64,000 nt of DNA from an uncultured bacterium (GCA_963822585.1 CAWGIE010000026.1:128001-192000); one strand, 5' to 3'. Shown: positions 42,775-52,821, numbered from the stretch's first letter. Notes: generated from the letters alone by a model not told the origin. Numbers and translations: made by a program.

Positions 42775-43485
42775 ATGAGCACAGGGACTACACATATGGA
42801 GCGGAAAGAAATCCTGGCCTTCCGGGACGCGTCTGTCGTCGCTCCGCCCCCCTATGAGTTCGGTTTGGAGGGGATCACTCTGGTCCTGAAGTCCGGAGAA
42901 CTGGCACTGGTCAGTATGGAAAGAGGACACGGCCCCTCTCCGCTGGCGGACGCGGCTGAGGGGTTGCTGGAACCGTCCGGCGGAGAAGTCTCATTTTTGG
43001 GCGTAAGCTGGACGACACGCTCGGCGGGAGAGGCGGCGGCAGCGCGGGGGAGAATCGGTCGCGTTTTTACGGCCGGCGGTTGGATCAGCAACCTGAACGT
43101 GGACGAGAATGTCACCCTCCCCCTGAGTCACCATTCCGACCTGCCGCTCAATGAAATTCACGCCCGGGCAAAAAAAATGGGGGAGCTTTTCGGCTTGAAC
43201 GAACTGCCCAGCGTCCGGCCGGCCCTGCTCAAGAGAGCGTTGTTGCGCCGGGCCGAGTGGACGCGGGCTTTTCTGGGCGATCCGGCTTTGATTATACTGG
43301 AAGAACCCCTGAAGGATGCGTATACTGAAGTGCTTCATTATCTGATCAAAGGCATCACCGGGGCCCTGGCTCGGGGGGCGGCGGTTCTCTGGATGACCGC
43401 CGATTTTCCTAATCTGAACCAGGCCCAGCTCTCGCCGTTGCAGATATACACGTTGAAAGGCCCGCATCTGGAACGGAGCGGATAG
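42775..43485 (+). CDS. MlaF-like ABC ATPase domain with degenerate catalytic motifs
   Basis: ABC scaffold ('GLLEPSGGEV', 'NLNVDENVTLPL', 'LIILEEP') but no GxxGxGK and no LSGG. Confidence 0.7.
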   Translation: MSTGTTHMERKEILAFRDASVVAPPPYEFGLEGITLVLKSGELALVSMERGHGPSPLADAAEGLLEPSGGEVSFLGVSWTTRSAGEAAAARGRIGRVFTAGGWISNLNVDENVTLPLSHHSDLPLNEIHARAKKMGELFGLNELPSVRPALLKRALLRRAEWTRAFLGDPALIILEEPLKDAYTEVLHYLIKGITGALARGAAVLWMTADFPNLNQAQLSPLQIYTLKGPHLERSG

Positions 43486-43669
43486 TATTTTCCTTTCGGG
43501 GAAAAATACGGAGGATGGCTTCCAGTAATCCATAAAGTATGCCTGTAAAAGAAGATGTCGGCTGTGTTGAGTAATCACTTTTCCGGCATCGCCTTCATGA
43601 AAGAAATGTCGTTTGATCAACAGCCCCGACGAAGTCGGGGCCGCTAAAATTTTTCGGGGAAAAAATTTT

Positions 43670-44602
43670 ATGGCGCAGCCGTTTAAATTTCGGTATGTCA
43701 ACGAGATCGTCGGGACCTTTATCATCCTGGTCCTGGTTGTTCTCCTGGTCGGGATCTTCCTGGCCGGACAGGCCCAGCAATGGTTTGAGACCGTCCACCG
43801 CTATATGCTGCTCTTCCCCCCCGAGGGTTCCCTGGGACTCCAGGAGAATTCCCAGGTGGTCATCCTGGGGGCGGTGGTGGGGTCCCTGGAAAAGCTCTCG
43901 GTCGATCAGGACGGTAATATGACCGGCCGGATAGCGATCAAGGGCGATTTCTTCCGTTTTGTCCGTGAAGATTCGAAAGTGATCGTGAAGAAAAAGTTTT
44001 TATTGGCCGGGGATTCCTACATCGAGATCAGCAAGGGAAAAGGCCCCCCCCTCCCGGAAGATTCGGCCCTGACCTGTACGAAAGACACCGAGATCACCGA
44101 GCTGCTGGAGATCGAGGTGGAAAAAATCATGGAAGAAGTCACCCCGGTCCTCGAGCAGACAACACTGGCGATCGAGGAATATACCCTGCTGGCCGCCGAC
44201 ATTCGCGATCCCGCGGGCGACCTCCAGCAGCTGATCGGCAACCTGAACCGGATCACCGAAGGGTTGGCGAAAGGGGAGGGGATGGCCGGCGCCGTCCTCC
44301 GCGATCCGGGGATGACCGAGGATCTGAAAGATATCATCACCAAGATCCGGGAGTCGACCGAGAGACTGCAGCGGATCGCTGACGACGCCTCCCGGGCCGC
44401 CAGCAAGCTTCCCGCCATGTCGGAGACCATTGCCGGCGAAGTAGAGGATGTCCCGGGGCTGGTCCTCCAATCCCGGGAAACTCTGCGGGAGACGCAGCGG
44501 CTGATCGAAGCCCTGCAGAGGCACTGGCTGATCAGAGCCTACGTCGCTCCGGAAGAGGGGAGTTCCCGGATTCCGGTCTCCGCCATTACAATTACTGAAT
44601 AG
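43670..44602 (+). CDS. MlaD/MCE domain protein with long helical tail
   Basis: N-terminal TM, 'GLQENSQVVILGAVVG', 'GDSYIEI', tail 'ALQRHWLI'. Confidence 0.85.
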   Translation: MAQPFKFRYVNEIVGTFIILVLVVLLVGIFLAGQAQQWFETVHRYMLLFPPEGSLGLQENSQVVILGAVVGSLEKLSVDQDGNMTGRIAIKGDFFRFVREDSKVIVKKKFLLAGDSYIEISKGKGPPLPEDSALTCTKDTEITELLEIEVEKIMEEVTPVLEQTTLAIEEYTLLAADIRDPAGDLQQLIGNLNRITEGLAKGEGMAGAVLRDPGMTEDLKDIITKIRESTERLQRIADDASRAASKLPAMSETIAGEVEDVPGLVLQSRETLRETQRLIEALQRHWLIRAYVAPEEGSSRIPVSAITITE

Positions 44603-44813
44603 ACAGGCGTAAAAGAATACATAGACAGATAAAGAAATCGTTATTGTTTACGGTTGTCGTTGAACGGTTATCCCGGTTTCACCGGGAAAACGTTGAACGG
44701 TGTACGGTTGCGTGATGCGCGCCCCCGTCACCGTATAACGCAACCGATTCCAGCTGCGCAACCGGGACCTTTTAATTCGAACAATGCCCGAACGCAATGA
44801 GGGCTCAGTGCTT

Positions 44814-45770
44814 ATGTATACCGTAAAGTCATCCGGGTATATGGTTGCGGTTCTTATACTACTGCTCACGGCCTGTTCCAGCACACCTCCCGCGCAAAAA
44901 GTAGACCCGGAGCTGGCCCAGGCGGCCAAATCGGCCCGGACGGCGTATGACCGGGGCGAGTTCAAACTGGCCGCCCGGCATTACCTTCTGGCCCTGCAGC
45001 GGGCCCGCGTTATGGACGATGCCGTTGAAATCGGCAACGGCGCCTATAACCTGGCCGCCTGTTACCTGGAGGAAGGAGATCTCGCAGGGGCGGAAGAGCT
45101 GCTCCGGGAATCGCTCCAGGCTTTCCAGCAGGCGGGCGGCGTCCCGGCGGACCTCTTTCTGCTCCAGGCCCGGATCGCTCTTCTCCGTGACCGTCCGGAA
45201 GAAGCGGAGCGCCTGATCCGGGAAGCAGCGGCCGCGAATGAAAATACCCTGAGCACGGGCGCCCGGCTCCAGATCGCTTTCCTCCGGACCCGTCTGGCCA
45301 TTCTGGCGGATGATGATCGGGCGGCGGAGAAGGAACTTGCCGCCGCGCGGGAATTGACGGATCAGACGGAGGACGATCTGGCCCAGGCCGAATACACCGC
45401 CTTGGAAGGCGATATCCTGCTCCGGAAAGGAGCCGGCAGCGAAGCCGGGGCGGCGTTCGATCGTCAGGCCGATCTTCTCCGCCGGGCGGCCCGGTACGAA
45501 GCGATGGCCCGGGCCCTGGGACGGGCCGGCGACGCGTATCGCCGGGCCGGTGATTTCTGCCGGGCCGGGGATCGTTTCTTCCGATCGGCCCGGAGCCTCT
45601 TTGCCCGGGGTGATATCCCCGCTTCCCTGGAGATGATAGCGCCGGCGATGGAGACGGGCGAGCAATGCGAACAGGAATCGCTCCGGGAGGAAGTCCGGGG
45701 CTTGTTCGAAGCAATCCGGGCCGCCGTCCCCGAACCTCCGGCGACCGACACCCTCTCGAATGAGGAATAA
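44814..45770 (+). CDS. TPR-like lipoprotein
   Basis: Lipobox 'LTAC'; helical repeats such as 'AYNLAACYL'. Confidence 0.7.
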   Translation: MYTVKSSGYMVAVLILLLTACSSTPPAQKVDPELAQAAKSARTAYDRGEFKLAARHYLLALQRARVMDDAVEIGNGAYNLAACYLEEGDLAGAEELLRESLQAFQQAGGVPADLFLLQARIALLRDRPEEAERLIREAAAANENTLSTGARLQIAFLRTRLAILADDDRAAEKELAAARELTDQTEDDLAQAEYTALEGDILLRKGAGSEAGAAFDRQADLLRRAARYEAMARALGRAGDAYRRAGDFCRAGDRFFRSARSLFARGDIPASLEMIAPAMETGEQCEQESLREEVRGLFEAIRAAVPEPPATDTLSNEE

Positions 45771-45819
45771 AAAATAATCGACCTCTTCATAATTTCAATA
45801 ACGTAGTGAAACCATATAA

Positions 45820-45977
45820 TCACCACGAAGCACACGAGCCGAGCGCCGCGAGACGGGTCCCGCTCGCGGGACAAGCAGCGCAGCGACTGCCCAACAATAC
45901 GAATAAAGATATAGGAGTTGTAATAAGTATTTTTATTTTTCTAAAATCTCTTCGTGACCTTCGTGTCCTTCGTGGTT
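45820..45977. repeat. 9-bp-periodic inverted repeat element with nested insert
   Basis: Same arms and ~58-bp insert (GAGCCGAGCG..GTCCCGCTCGCGGGAC..GCGCAGCGACTGCCCA) as 10647-10806. Confidence 0.85.
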
Positions 45978-46067
45978 AAAAGTTGCGTCGAAACCACATT
46001 GTTCTTTTGAATTTTTTCGCGGTTTTTCCTTCTAATTTGACTGAAGGAAACACCGAGTCTAACTATA

Positions 46068-46577
46068 GTGAAATATGAGGTGATGAAGATGAAAACGAAA
46101 GGGATCCGGTTGTTACTGTTCTGTTTCCTCCTGGCCGGCGGGGCAGGGATGTCCCGCGCCGATGTCCTCAACGTCCAGGTGCGGAGCGGCAGTCTCCGGG
46201 CCAAGCCGTCGTTTCTGGGCAAGATCATCGGCTCTGTCTCCTACGGGGACCGGGTCACCGTTATCCAGGAACAGGGAGAATGGGTTCTGGGCCGCAAGGG
46301 AAGCGGCCCCCAGGGGTGGATACATATCTCGGCTCTGACCGATGACGATATTGAACTTTCGGCCGGGGGCGGGAATGTCGAGACCGCCGCCTCCGGTGAT
46401 GAACTGGCCCTGGCCGGCAAAGGGTTTAATTCCGATGTCGAAGCCGAGTTTAAAACCCGCAACAGCGATATTGATTTCACCTGGGTGGATCGGATGGAAA
46501 AAATCATTATCTCGCCGGAACAGATGGAAGGATTTCTGAAGGTCGGACAGGTAACCCCACCCGGAGGATTGAGATGA
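46068..46577 (+). CDS. Exported SH3b domain protein
   Basis: Signal peptide, 'LRAKPSF...YGDRV...GWIH', then 'ELALAGKGF'; true start may be 46083 or 46089. Confidence 0.8.
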   Translation: MKYEVMKMKTKGIRLLLFCFLLAGGAGMSRADVLNVQVRSGSLRAKPSFLGKIIGSVSYGDRVTVIQEQGEWVLGRKGSGPQGWIHISALTDDDIELSAGGGNVETAASGDELALAGKGFNSDVEAEFKTRNSDIDFTWVDRMEKIIISPEQMEGFLKVGQVTPPGGLR

Positions 46578-47515
46578 TTCCGAGAGTATTGACGGTGAAG
46601 AATGCGCCTTTGACGTGCGGCTTCCTGGTGATTCTCGTCTCTGCTCTCGCGGTCGGCGGCTGCAAAACGCTGGAGTCGATGGGGGAACTGGGAGGACAGG
46701 TCGGCAAGGCGACCGGGGTCATGACCGACGAACAGGCGGAGTCGCTGGGCCGGGCCACCAAGGCGGTGGCCAAGACGTTCGCCGATATCACCCCCGAGCA
46801 GGAATACTATATCGGCCGGGCGGTGGCGGCGACGATACTCCATGTCTATTCTCCTTATGACAATAAGGAGGCTACCCGCTATCTTAACCTACTGGGCCAG
46901 ACCCTGGCCGCGGCTTCCGACAAGCCGGAGACGTACGGCGGTTATCATTTCCTGATCCTGGATTCGGACGAAATCAACGCCTTCGCGGCCCCGGGCGGGT
47001 TGATATTTGTCTCCCGCGGGATGCTCAGGCTCTGCCGTGATGAGGACGACCTGGCGGCGGTTCTCGCCCATGAGATCGGCCATGTCCAGAACCAGCATGG
47101 TCTGAAGGCGATCAAGTCGGGGCGTCTCACTTCCGCCCTGACCATCCTGGCCGCGGAAGGCGCCAGGAGCTTCGGGGGGAAGGAACTGGCCGAGCTGACC
47201 GATGCCTTCGAAGGCAGCATCGGCGATATTACCTCCACCATGATGAACAGCGGGTACGCCCGTTCGGCGGAACGGGAGGCTGACGCGACGGCGATCGTGA
47301 TCGTGAAACGGGTGGGATACAACCCGAACGGTCTGGTCGAGATGCTGATGGAGATGAAAAAACAGCTCAAGCCGGGCGGTCTCGATTTCGCCAAGACCCA
47401 TCCCGATCCCAACGACCGGATCAAGGACATCGAGGAGATTATCGGCCGGTACACGGTTGTTTCCGCCCCTCAGCCCCGGCAGGACCGGTTTGAGCGGAAC
47501 TTGAAGGGAATATAA
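46574..47515 (+). CDS. M48 family metalloprotease lipoprotein
   Basis: 'VGGC' lipobox, 'INAFAAPGG', 'LAHEIGH', 'EREAD', 'THP'. Confidence 0.9.
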   Translation: MIPRVLTVKNAPLTCGFLVILVSALAVGGCKTLESMGELGGQVGKATGVMTDEQAESLGRATKAVAKTFADITPEQEYYIGRAVAATILHVYSPYDNKEATRYLNLLGQTLAAASDKPETYGGYHFLILDSDEINAFAAPGGLIFVSRGMLRLCRDEDDLAAVLAHEIGHVQNQHGLKAIKSGRLTSALTILAAEGARSFGGKELAELTDAFEGSIGDITSTMMNSGYARSAEREADATAIVIVKRVGYNPNGLVEMLMEMKKQLKPGGLDFAKTHPDPNDRIKDIEEIIGRYTVVSAPQPRQDRFERNLKGI

Positions 47516-47692
47516 GAGAACGTAGCCCTCGCGGCGCTCGGGCAACGTTCTGGAATGGTGGAGTGATGGAGTAGTGGAGTATTGGGGGCCTGTTTCCGAA
47601 TCCAGTATTCCATTACTCCAGTACTCCATTACTCCGCGTTTCTCCGCTGCCGGTGTGATTCCAAAATTCTGAGGTAGCCAGGACGTGTTTAT

Positions 47693-49846
47693 ATGGGTAC
47701 TAATGTGGCAAAGAAACGCGTCAAAATCCGTCATGGAGTCCTGATCGGTTTTCTGGCGTCGATCCTCGCCCTGCTGCTCTGGCAGCTCGGCATCCTCGAT
47801 CGTTGGGAGTCCGCTTCCTGGGCATGGCGGGTCCGGTACTTTGCCCGCCCGGCCCCTTCCACCGGGCTGATCAAGATTATCCTTCTCGACCAGGCCAGCC
47901 TGGATTGGGGCGAGAAGGAGGCCGGTCTGTCCTGGCCCTGGCCGCGGGAGGTTTATGGGCCGATCATCGACTTCTGCCGGCGGGGGGGCGCCCGGTCCGT
48001 CGCCTTCGATGTTCTCTACACCGAATCGTCCGGCCGGCAGAGCGTCTCCCAGGACGTGGCTCTGGGTGAAGCGATCCGGCGCTCGCCTCCGTTCACCGCC
48101 GCTCTTGCCCTGAGCCGGACGACCGGCGGAGAATCCTCCTGGCCTCCCGATTTGCCTCCCCGGGGGATCCCGCTCAAGGGGCTGGCGGCATGGCTCTCCA
48201 CGCCGGAGCGGGAGAAAAGCCTGGTCTATCCCCGGGCGACATTTCCCATCCCGGAAGTCGCTCTCAATGCCGTCCTTCTGGGGAACGTTATGGAGGAGCC
48301 GGACCCGGACGCGATCTTTCGCCGGGCATCCCTCTTCGGCGTCTTCGACGGGAAGTGTATCCCCGCTCTGGGAACCGCCGCCTACCTGGCGCCGCTGCAC
48401 GTGGAAGCCGTTCCCCTCTCGATCGCGGGCAATACCCTCCATCTCGGAGAGAGGTCCGTTCCTCTGGATGCTTCCGGCCGCACACTCCTCCGGTTTCGGG
48501 GGGAGACCGCGGTGTATAACCCGCTGAGCGCCGCCGCCGTCATCCAGTCCGAGCTGAGAATCCAGGAGGGGGAAGAACCGTCCATCGACCCCGCGACATT
48601 CCGTGACTGCTACGTACTTTTCGGCTTCAGCGCCCCCGGCCTGCTCGACCTGCGGGCGACACCCCTGAGCACGAAATCGCCCGGCGTCCTCGTCCACGCC
48701 ACCGTTCTCGACAACCTTCTTTCCGGAGATTTCCTGCAGGATGCCCCGATCCTTCCCGCCGCCGTCCTTATTCTTCTCCTGGCGATCGTTGCCGGCAGCG
48801 CCGGATCCCTGGCCCGCAAAGCCGGGGAGAGCGCGGTGATCTCGGTGATCCTCCTCCCCGTCCCCTGGGTGATCGGCTTTGCCGCCTACGCGGCCGGGTT
48901 CTGGTGGCCGATTATCGCCGGGGAGGCGGCGGTGGTCTTTTCATTGGCCGGAGCCCTTCTCTATAATTACGCGACCGAGGGGCGACAGAAGGCGTTCATC
49001 AAGCAGGCATTCAAACACTACCTGAGTTCCGCCGTCATCGAGCGCTTGATTGAAGATCCCTCCCAGCTCCAGCTGGGAGGCGAGCGGAGAGTACTCTCCA
49101 TCTTCTTCTCCGATATCCAGAAATTCTCGACCTTCTCCGAAAAACTCGACCCGGTGACCCTGACCGCCCTTCTCAACGACTTCCTCTCCGACATGACCGA
49201 CGTCATCCTGGAGGAGGGGGGCACCCTTGACAAGTACATCGGGGACGCGATCGTGGCTTTCTGGAACGCGCCCCTCACCCAGGGGAACCACGCGGAGCGG
49301 GCCGTGCGCGCGGCCATCCGCTGCCAGCAAAAACTCACGGCCCGGCGGCCTGAGTTCAAGGAGCGGACCGGGGTCGATCTCTTCATGCGCATCGGGGTCA
49401 ATACCGGAGAGGTGGTGGTCGGGAACATGGGGTCCCGCGACCGGTTCGACTACACCGTCCTGGGAGACGCGGCCAATCTGGCCTCGCGGTTAGAGGGCGC
49501 GAACAAAGCCTTCGGGACTTTCCTGATGGTCGCGGGAGCGGCCTGGGAGAAGGCCGCCGGCGCCTTTACGGGCCGGGAGTTGGGCAAACTCCGCGTGGTG
49601 GGGAGAAAGGCCCCGGTAACCGTTTTCGAGCCCTGGGGATTGAAGAAAGACGCGGCGCCGCCGGGATGGAAAAAGTTTGAAGAAGGGCTCTCATTGTGCT
49701 ATCAAGGCCAGTGGAGTGAGGCGTTGGCCGTTTTTGCCGCTCTGCCCGAAGACCCGGCGGCCCGCGTTTACGCGGAGCGGTGCCAAGGCCTGGTCAACGA
49801 TCCCGGCACGACCTGGGACGGCGTCTGGAATTTGACTGAAAAATAA
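47693..49846 (+). CDS. CHASE2-domain class III adenylate cyclase
   Basis: CHASE2 'WPWPR', 'AFDV', 'PGVLVHA'; 3 TM; 'FSDIQKFS', 'LDKYIGDA', 'DYTVLGDAANLASRLE'. Confidence 0.92.
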   Translation: MGTNVAKKRVKIRHGVLIGFLASILALLLWQLGILDRWESASWAWRVRYFARPAPSTGLIKIILLDQASLDWGEKEAGLSWPWPREVYGPIIDFCRRGGARSVAFDVLYTESSGRQSVSQDVALGEAIRRSPPFTAALALSRTTGGESSWPPDLPPRGIPLKGLAAWLSTPEREKSLVYPRATFPIPEVALNAVLLGNVMEEPDPDAIFRRASLFGVFDGKCIPALGTAAYLAPLHVEAVPLSIAGNTLHLGERSVPLDASGRTLLRFRGETAVYNPLSAAAVIQSELRIQEGEEPSIDPATFRDCYVLFGFSAPGLLDLRATPLSTKSPGVLVHATVLDNLLSGDFLQDAPILPAAVLILLLAIVAGSAGSLARKAGESAVISVILLPVPWVIGFAAYAAGFWWPIIAGEAAVVFSLAGALLYNYATEGRQKAFIKQAFKHYLSSAVIERLIEDPSQLQLGGERRVLSIFFSDIQKFSTFSEKLDPVTLTALLNDFLSDMTDVILEEGGTLDKYIGDAIVAFWNAPLTQGNHAERAVRAAIRCQQKLTARRPEFKERTGVDLFMRIGVNTGEVVVGNMGSRDRFDYTVLGDAANLASRLEGANKAFGTFLMVAGAAWEKAAGAFTGRELGKLRVVGRKAPVTVFEPWGLKKDAAPPGWKKFEEGLSLCYQGQWSEALAVFAALPEDPAARVYAERCQGLVNDPGTTWDGVWNLTEK

Positions 49847-50052
49847 ACGTTGTGCTGTATAGCTGATGTGTCGCTAAGAATCGAAATAAATAGAGTATGC
49901 AAAATGGAGTAATGGAGTGATGGAGTAATGGGAAACCCGGCCCGGCTCCCGCGTCCCATCACTCCACTACTCCAGTACTCCATCACTTCACAATGCATCT
50001 TTGCTTCGTTTCGTTTATCGATCGGCATACGAATCTTTCCGGATAATTTGTC

Positions 50053-50901
50053 ATGAAGATCACCTTTTTCGGTGTTCGCGGCACCAGCCCCGTCACCCAG
50101 CCGTCCTTTTCCCGGTACGGCGGGGAGACGACCTCCCTGCTGGTTGAAGGAGCCGGAGGGGAGAGGATCATCATTGATGCCGGAACCGGCCTGAGAAGCC
50201 TGGGGCAACGGCTGGTCGGGGAACCTCATGAACCGTCGCTACTGCTCCTGATGACCCACTATCACCTTGACCACTTGATCGGCCTCCCGGCCTTCGCGCC
50301 GCTCTACCGGGAATCGCTGCGCCTTACCATCGCCTCCCCCGAGCGGAAAGGGCGGACCCCGGAAGAGGTCATCTCCAAGATCTTCGATGCCCCTCTCTGG
50401 CCGCTCCAGATCGACACCATCCCCGCCTGGATCACCTTTTTGACTCTCCCGCCCGACAACAGCGGCGGCCCCTTCCGCCGGGGGGGGCTTCTGGTCCGCT
50501 GGACCTCTCTTCACCATCCGGGCGGGGCCACCGCTTACCGGATCGACGAACCGGCGACCGGGGCTTCCTTCGTCTTCGCGACCGATCTGGAATGGAATGA
50601 ATCATCCCCCGAGGAGAAAACCGCCTTCGAGCTTCTCTGCCGGGAACCCGCTCCCCCGGCGCTCCTCGTTTTCGACGGCCAGTACAACAACGACAACTAT
50701 CCCGAATACCGGGGCTGGGGGCACAGCACTTGGGAAAACGCGGTCGATGTCGCCGAAAGGGTTGGTGCCGGCCGTCTCATCGTCACCCACCACGATCCCC
50801 TCAGCGACGACTCGATTCTGGAGAAAGTCGAAGAGAAGTTGACCCGGGCCTCTCCAACCGCCCGGTTGGGCCGTCAGGGGATGGAGGTGGTTTTAAACTA
50901 A
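50053..50901 (+). CDS. MBL-fold metallo-hydrolase, putative phosphodiesterase
   Basis: 'GVRGT', 'YGGETT', 'DAGTG', 'THYHLDH', 'HPGG', 'TD', 'WGHS', 'THHDP'. Confidence 0.85.
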   Translation: MKITFFGVRGTSPVTQPSFSRYGGETTSLLVEGAGGERIIIDAGTGLRSLGQRLVGEPHEPSLLLLMTHYHLDHLIGLPAFAPLYRESLRLTIASPERKGRTPEEVISKIFDAPLWPLQIDTIPAWITFLTLPPDNSGGPFRRGGLLVRWTSLHHPGGATAYRIDEPATGASFVFATDLEWNESSPEEKTAFELLCREPAPPALLVFDGQYNNDNYPEYRGWGHSTWENAVDVAERVGAGRLIVTHHDPLSDDSILEKVEEKLTRASPTARLGRQGMEVVLN

Positions 50902-51101
50902 AACCGCGGTACATGATATGACTGATTTATCCGCCCTTGGAAATGGGGGTATTGCGACATGGAGTAATGGAGTATTGGAATAATGGAGTAATGGGGGGGC
51001 CAGCTCTCCAACACTCCATCATTCCACCACTCCAATACTCCATGATACTATTCACATAACTCAAAAGCTGTTTCATACATCGAACACGGTACACTGTCGC
51101 C

Positions 51102-52703
51102 ATGAGCCACTACCTTCCGGTTATATCTGAAATAGCTCTCTTTGTTTTTATCCTGTTATTTTCTTTTCTGGTGACGATCCCCTGCCGGCGGTGGGCGAAG
51201 AGATCGGCCGCCGTTCCCGGATGGCGGGGGGCCGGCCGCTATCTGGTGGGCCGGCTGGCCTTCCCCCTGGCCGTACTTATTTTTTCCCGGCCTCTCTTTT
51301 TCCTGGCCCGCCGGGAGCTGGCGATTCAATTCCCGACCGGGCTGCCGGCCTACCTCCAGGGCTGGCTCGTCTTCTGGGCCGCTCTTTTTTTCCTGAGTTT
51401 CCTGGAGTCGCTTGCTCTTCAATTCTACGACCTGCGGGAGAGGTCTTTTCCCGTCCCCGCCCTGCTCCGGAACATCATCCGTATCGTTTGCCTCCTTCTG
51501 GTGATCTTCGCCATCCTGCGCTTTGGTCTCCGGATCGACATCTCGCCCCTTCTGGCCTCCACCGCCCTGCTGACCGCCGTAATCGGATTCGCCCTTCAGG
51601 GAGTTCTCGGCAATCTACTGGCCGGTATGTCTCTTCACCTGACCCGATCGGTGGTCCCGGGAGACTGGATCGCGGTCGGCGAGTGGGAGGGGAGGGTGAT
51701 CCAGACTAACTGGCGGGAGACCCGTCTGCGGACGATGGGCGGCCACACAATCGTGGTTCCCAATAGCGTCGTCTCTTCGACGGTTGTCAATAATTTGACC
51801 ACCCCGACGCCGCTCCGCCGGCACGAAATCAATGTCGGCGCCAGTTACTCGGACGCGCCGGGCGAGGTGCTGGCGGCACTGGTCAAGGCGGCCCTCAGCG
51901 TGCCCGATGTCCTCCGGAAGCCGAAACCGACCGCCTATGTGACCGAATACAAGGATTTCGGGATCAACTACGTCCTGCGCTACTGGAGCAAACGCTACTA
52001 TGACCGGGTCCCAATTGACGGCGACGTGGGCCGGATGATCTGGTACGAGTTCAAGCGCCGCTCGATCGAGATCCCCTTCCCGATGAGCGACAAGCTTCTC
52101 AACGACTTCATGGCCGTCGTCTATCGCCAGCGCCGCCTTCCCCCGGACGACGGGGAGCTGGACCGGCGAACCCGGGTCCTGGCGGATACCGAACTGATGA
52201 GATCGCGCCTGGTCGATGGGGAGGGAAAACCGCTGCTGGAAGAAGAAGATCTCCGGCAGCTGGCCGGCTTTCTGCGATTCGTACGCTATACGGACGGGGA
52301 AGCGCTCTTCCGGCAGGGCGAGGCGGGGGAAGACTGCTATATCGTTACGCGAGGCCGGGTCCGGGCGCGGATCGAGGAACAGGACGATCTTCCGGCCCAC
52401 GAGATCGAGATCGGGGAGGGGGCGCTGGTGGGAGAGATGAGCCTGCTGACGGGCCTTCCCCGCACTGCCACCGTCAGCGCGGTCGGGGAAGTCGAGCTGC
52501 TGGAGGTGACCGCGCGCGCCTTTGCGCGGCTGCTGGCCCTCCGGCCGGAGATCCCGGAGAAGCTGGCCGACCTGGTCGCCGACCGGGCCGAAGAAAACGC
52601 TGCCGCCCTCGAACGCCTGAAGACGCTCAAAAAAAGCGAGGTGGCGGAGTCCCTGAAGCGGGAGAACATCCTGAAGCGATTTCTCCACTTTATCAGGCAC
52701 TGA
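51102..52703 (+). CDS. MscS mechanosensitive channel with C-terminal cyclic-nucleotide-binding domain
   Basis: 'GFALQGVLGNLLAG', 'GDWI', 'NWRET', 'VPNS', 'IPFP'; cNMP motifs 'FRQGEAG' and 'GEMSLLTGLPRTATV'. Confidence 0.9.
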   Translation: MSHYLPVISEIALFVFILLFSFLVTIPCRRWAKRSAAVPGWRGAGRYLVGRLAFPLAVLIFSRPLFFLARRELAIQFPTGLPAYLQGWLVFWAALFFLSFLESLALQFYDLRERSFPVPALLRNIIRIVCLLLVIFAILRFGLRIDISPLLASTALLTAVIGFALQGVLGNLLAGMSLHLTRSVVPGDWIAVGEWEGRVIQTNWRETRLRTMGGHTIVVPNSVVSSTVVNNLTTPTPLRRHEINVGASYSDAPGEVLAALVKAALSVPDVLRKPKPTAYVTEYKDFGINYVLRYWSKRYYDRVPIDGDVGRMIWYEFKRRSIEIPFPMSDKLLNDFMAVVYRQRRLPPDDGELDRRTRVLADTELMRSRLVDGEGKPLLEEEDLRQLAGFLRFVRYTDGEALFRQGEAGEDCYIVTRGRVRARIEEQDDLPAHEIEIGEGALVGEMSLLTGLPRTATVSAVGEVELLEVTARAFARLLALRPEIPEKLADLVADRAEENAAALERLKTLKKSEVAESLKRENILKRFLHFIRH

Positions 52704-52736
52704 ACCGCTTTGAAGCGGTTCAGTGCCTGATAAAGT
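52687..52736. terminator. Perfect 24-bp inverted repeat over the mscS stop codon
   Basis: ACTTTATCAGGCACTGAACCGCTT-tg-AAGCGGTTCAGTGCCTGATAAAGT. Confidence 0.55.
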
Positions 52737-52821
52737 ATGTATTCATTCTCACGACCACTTCCTTCGATAGAATGCTTCGTAATCCCTTTCCCCTCAAAAA
52801 ATATTTTAAAATATGTTTGAC

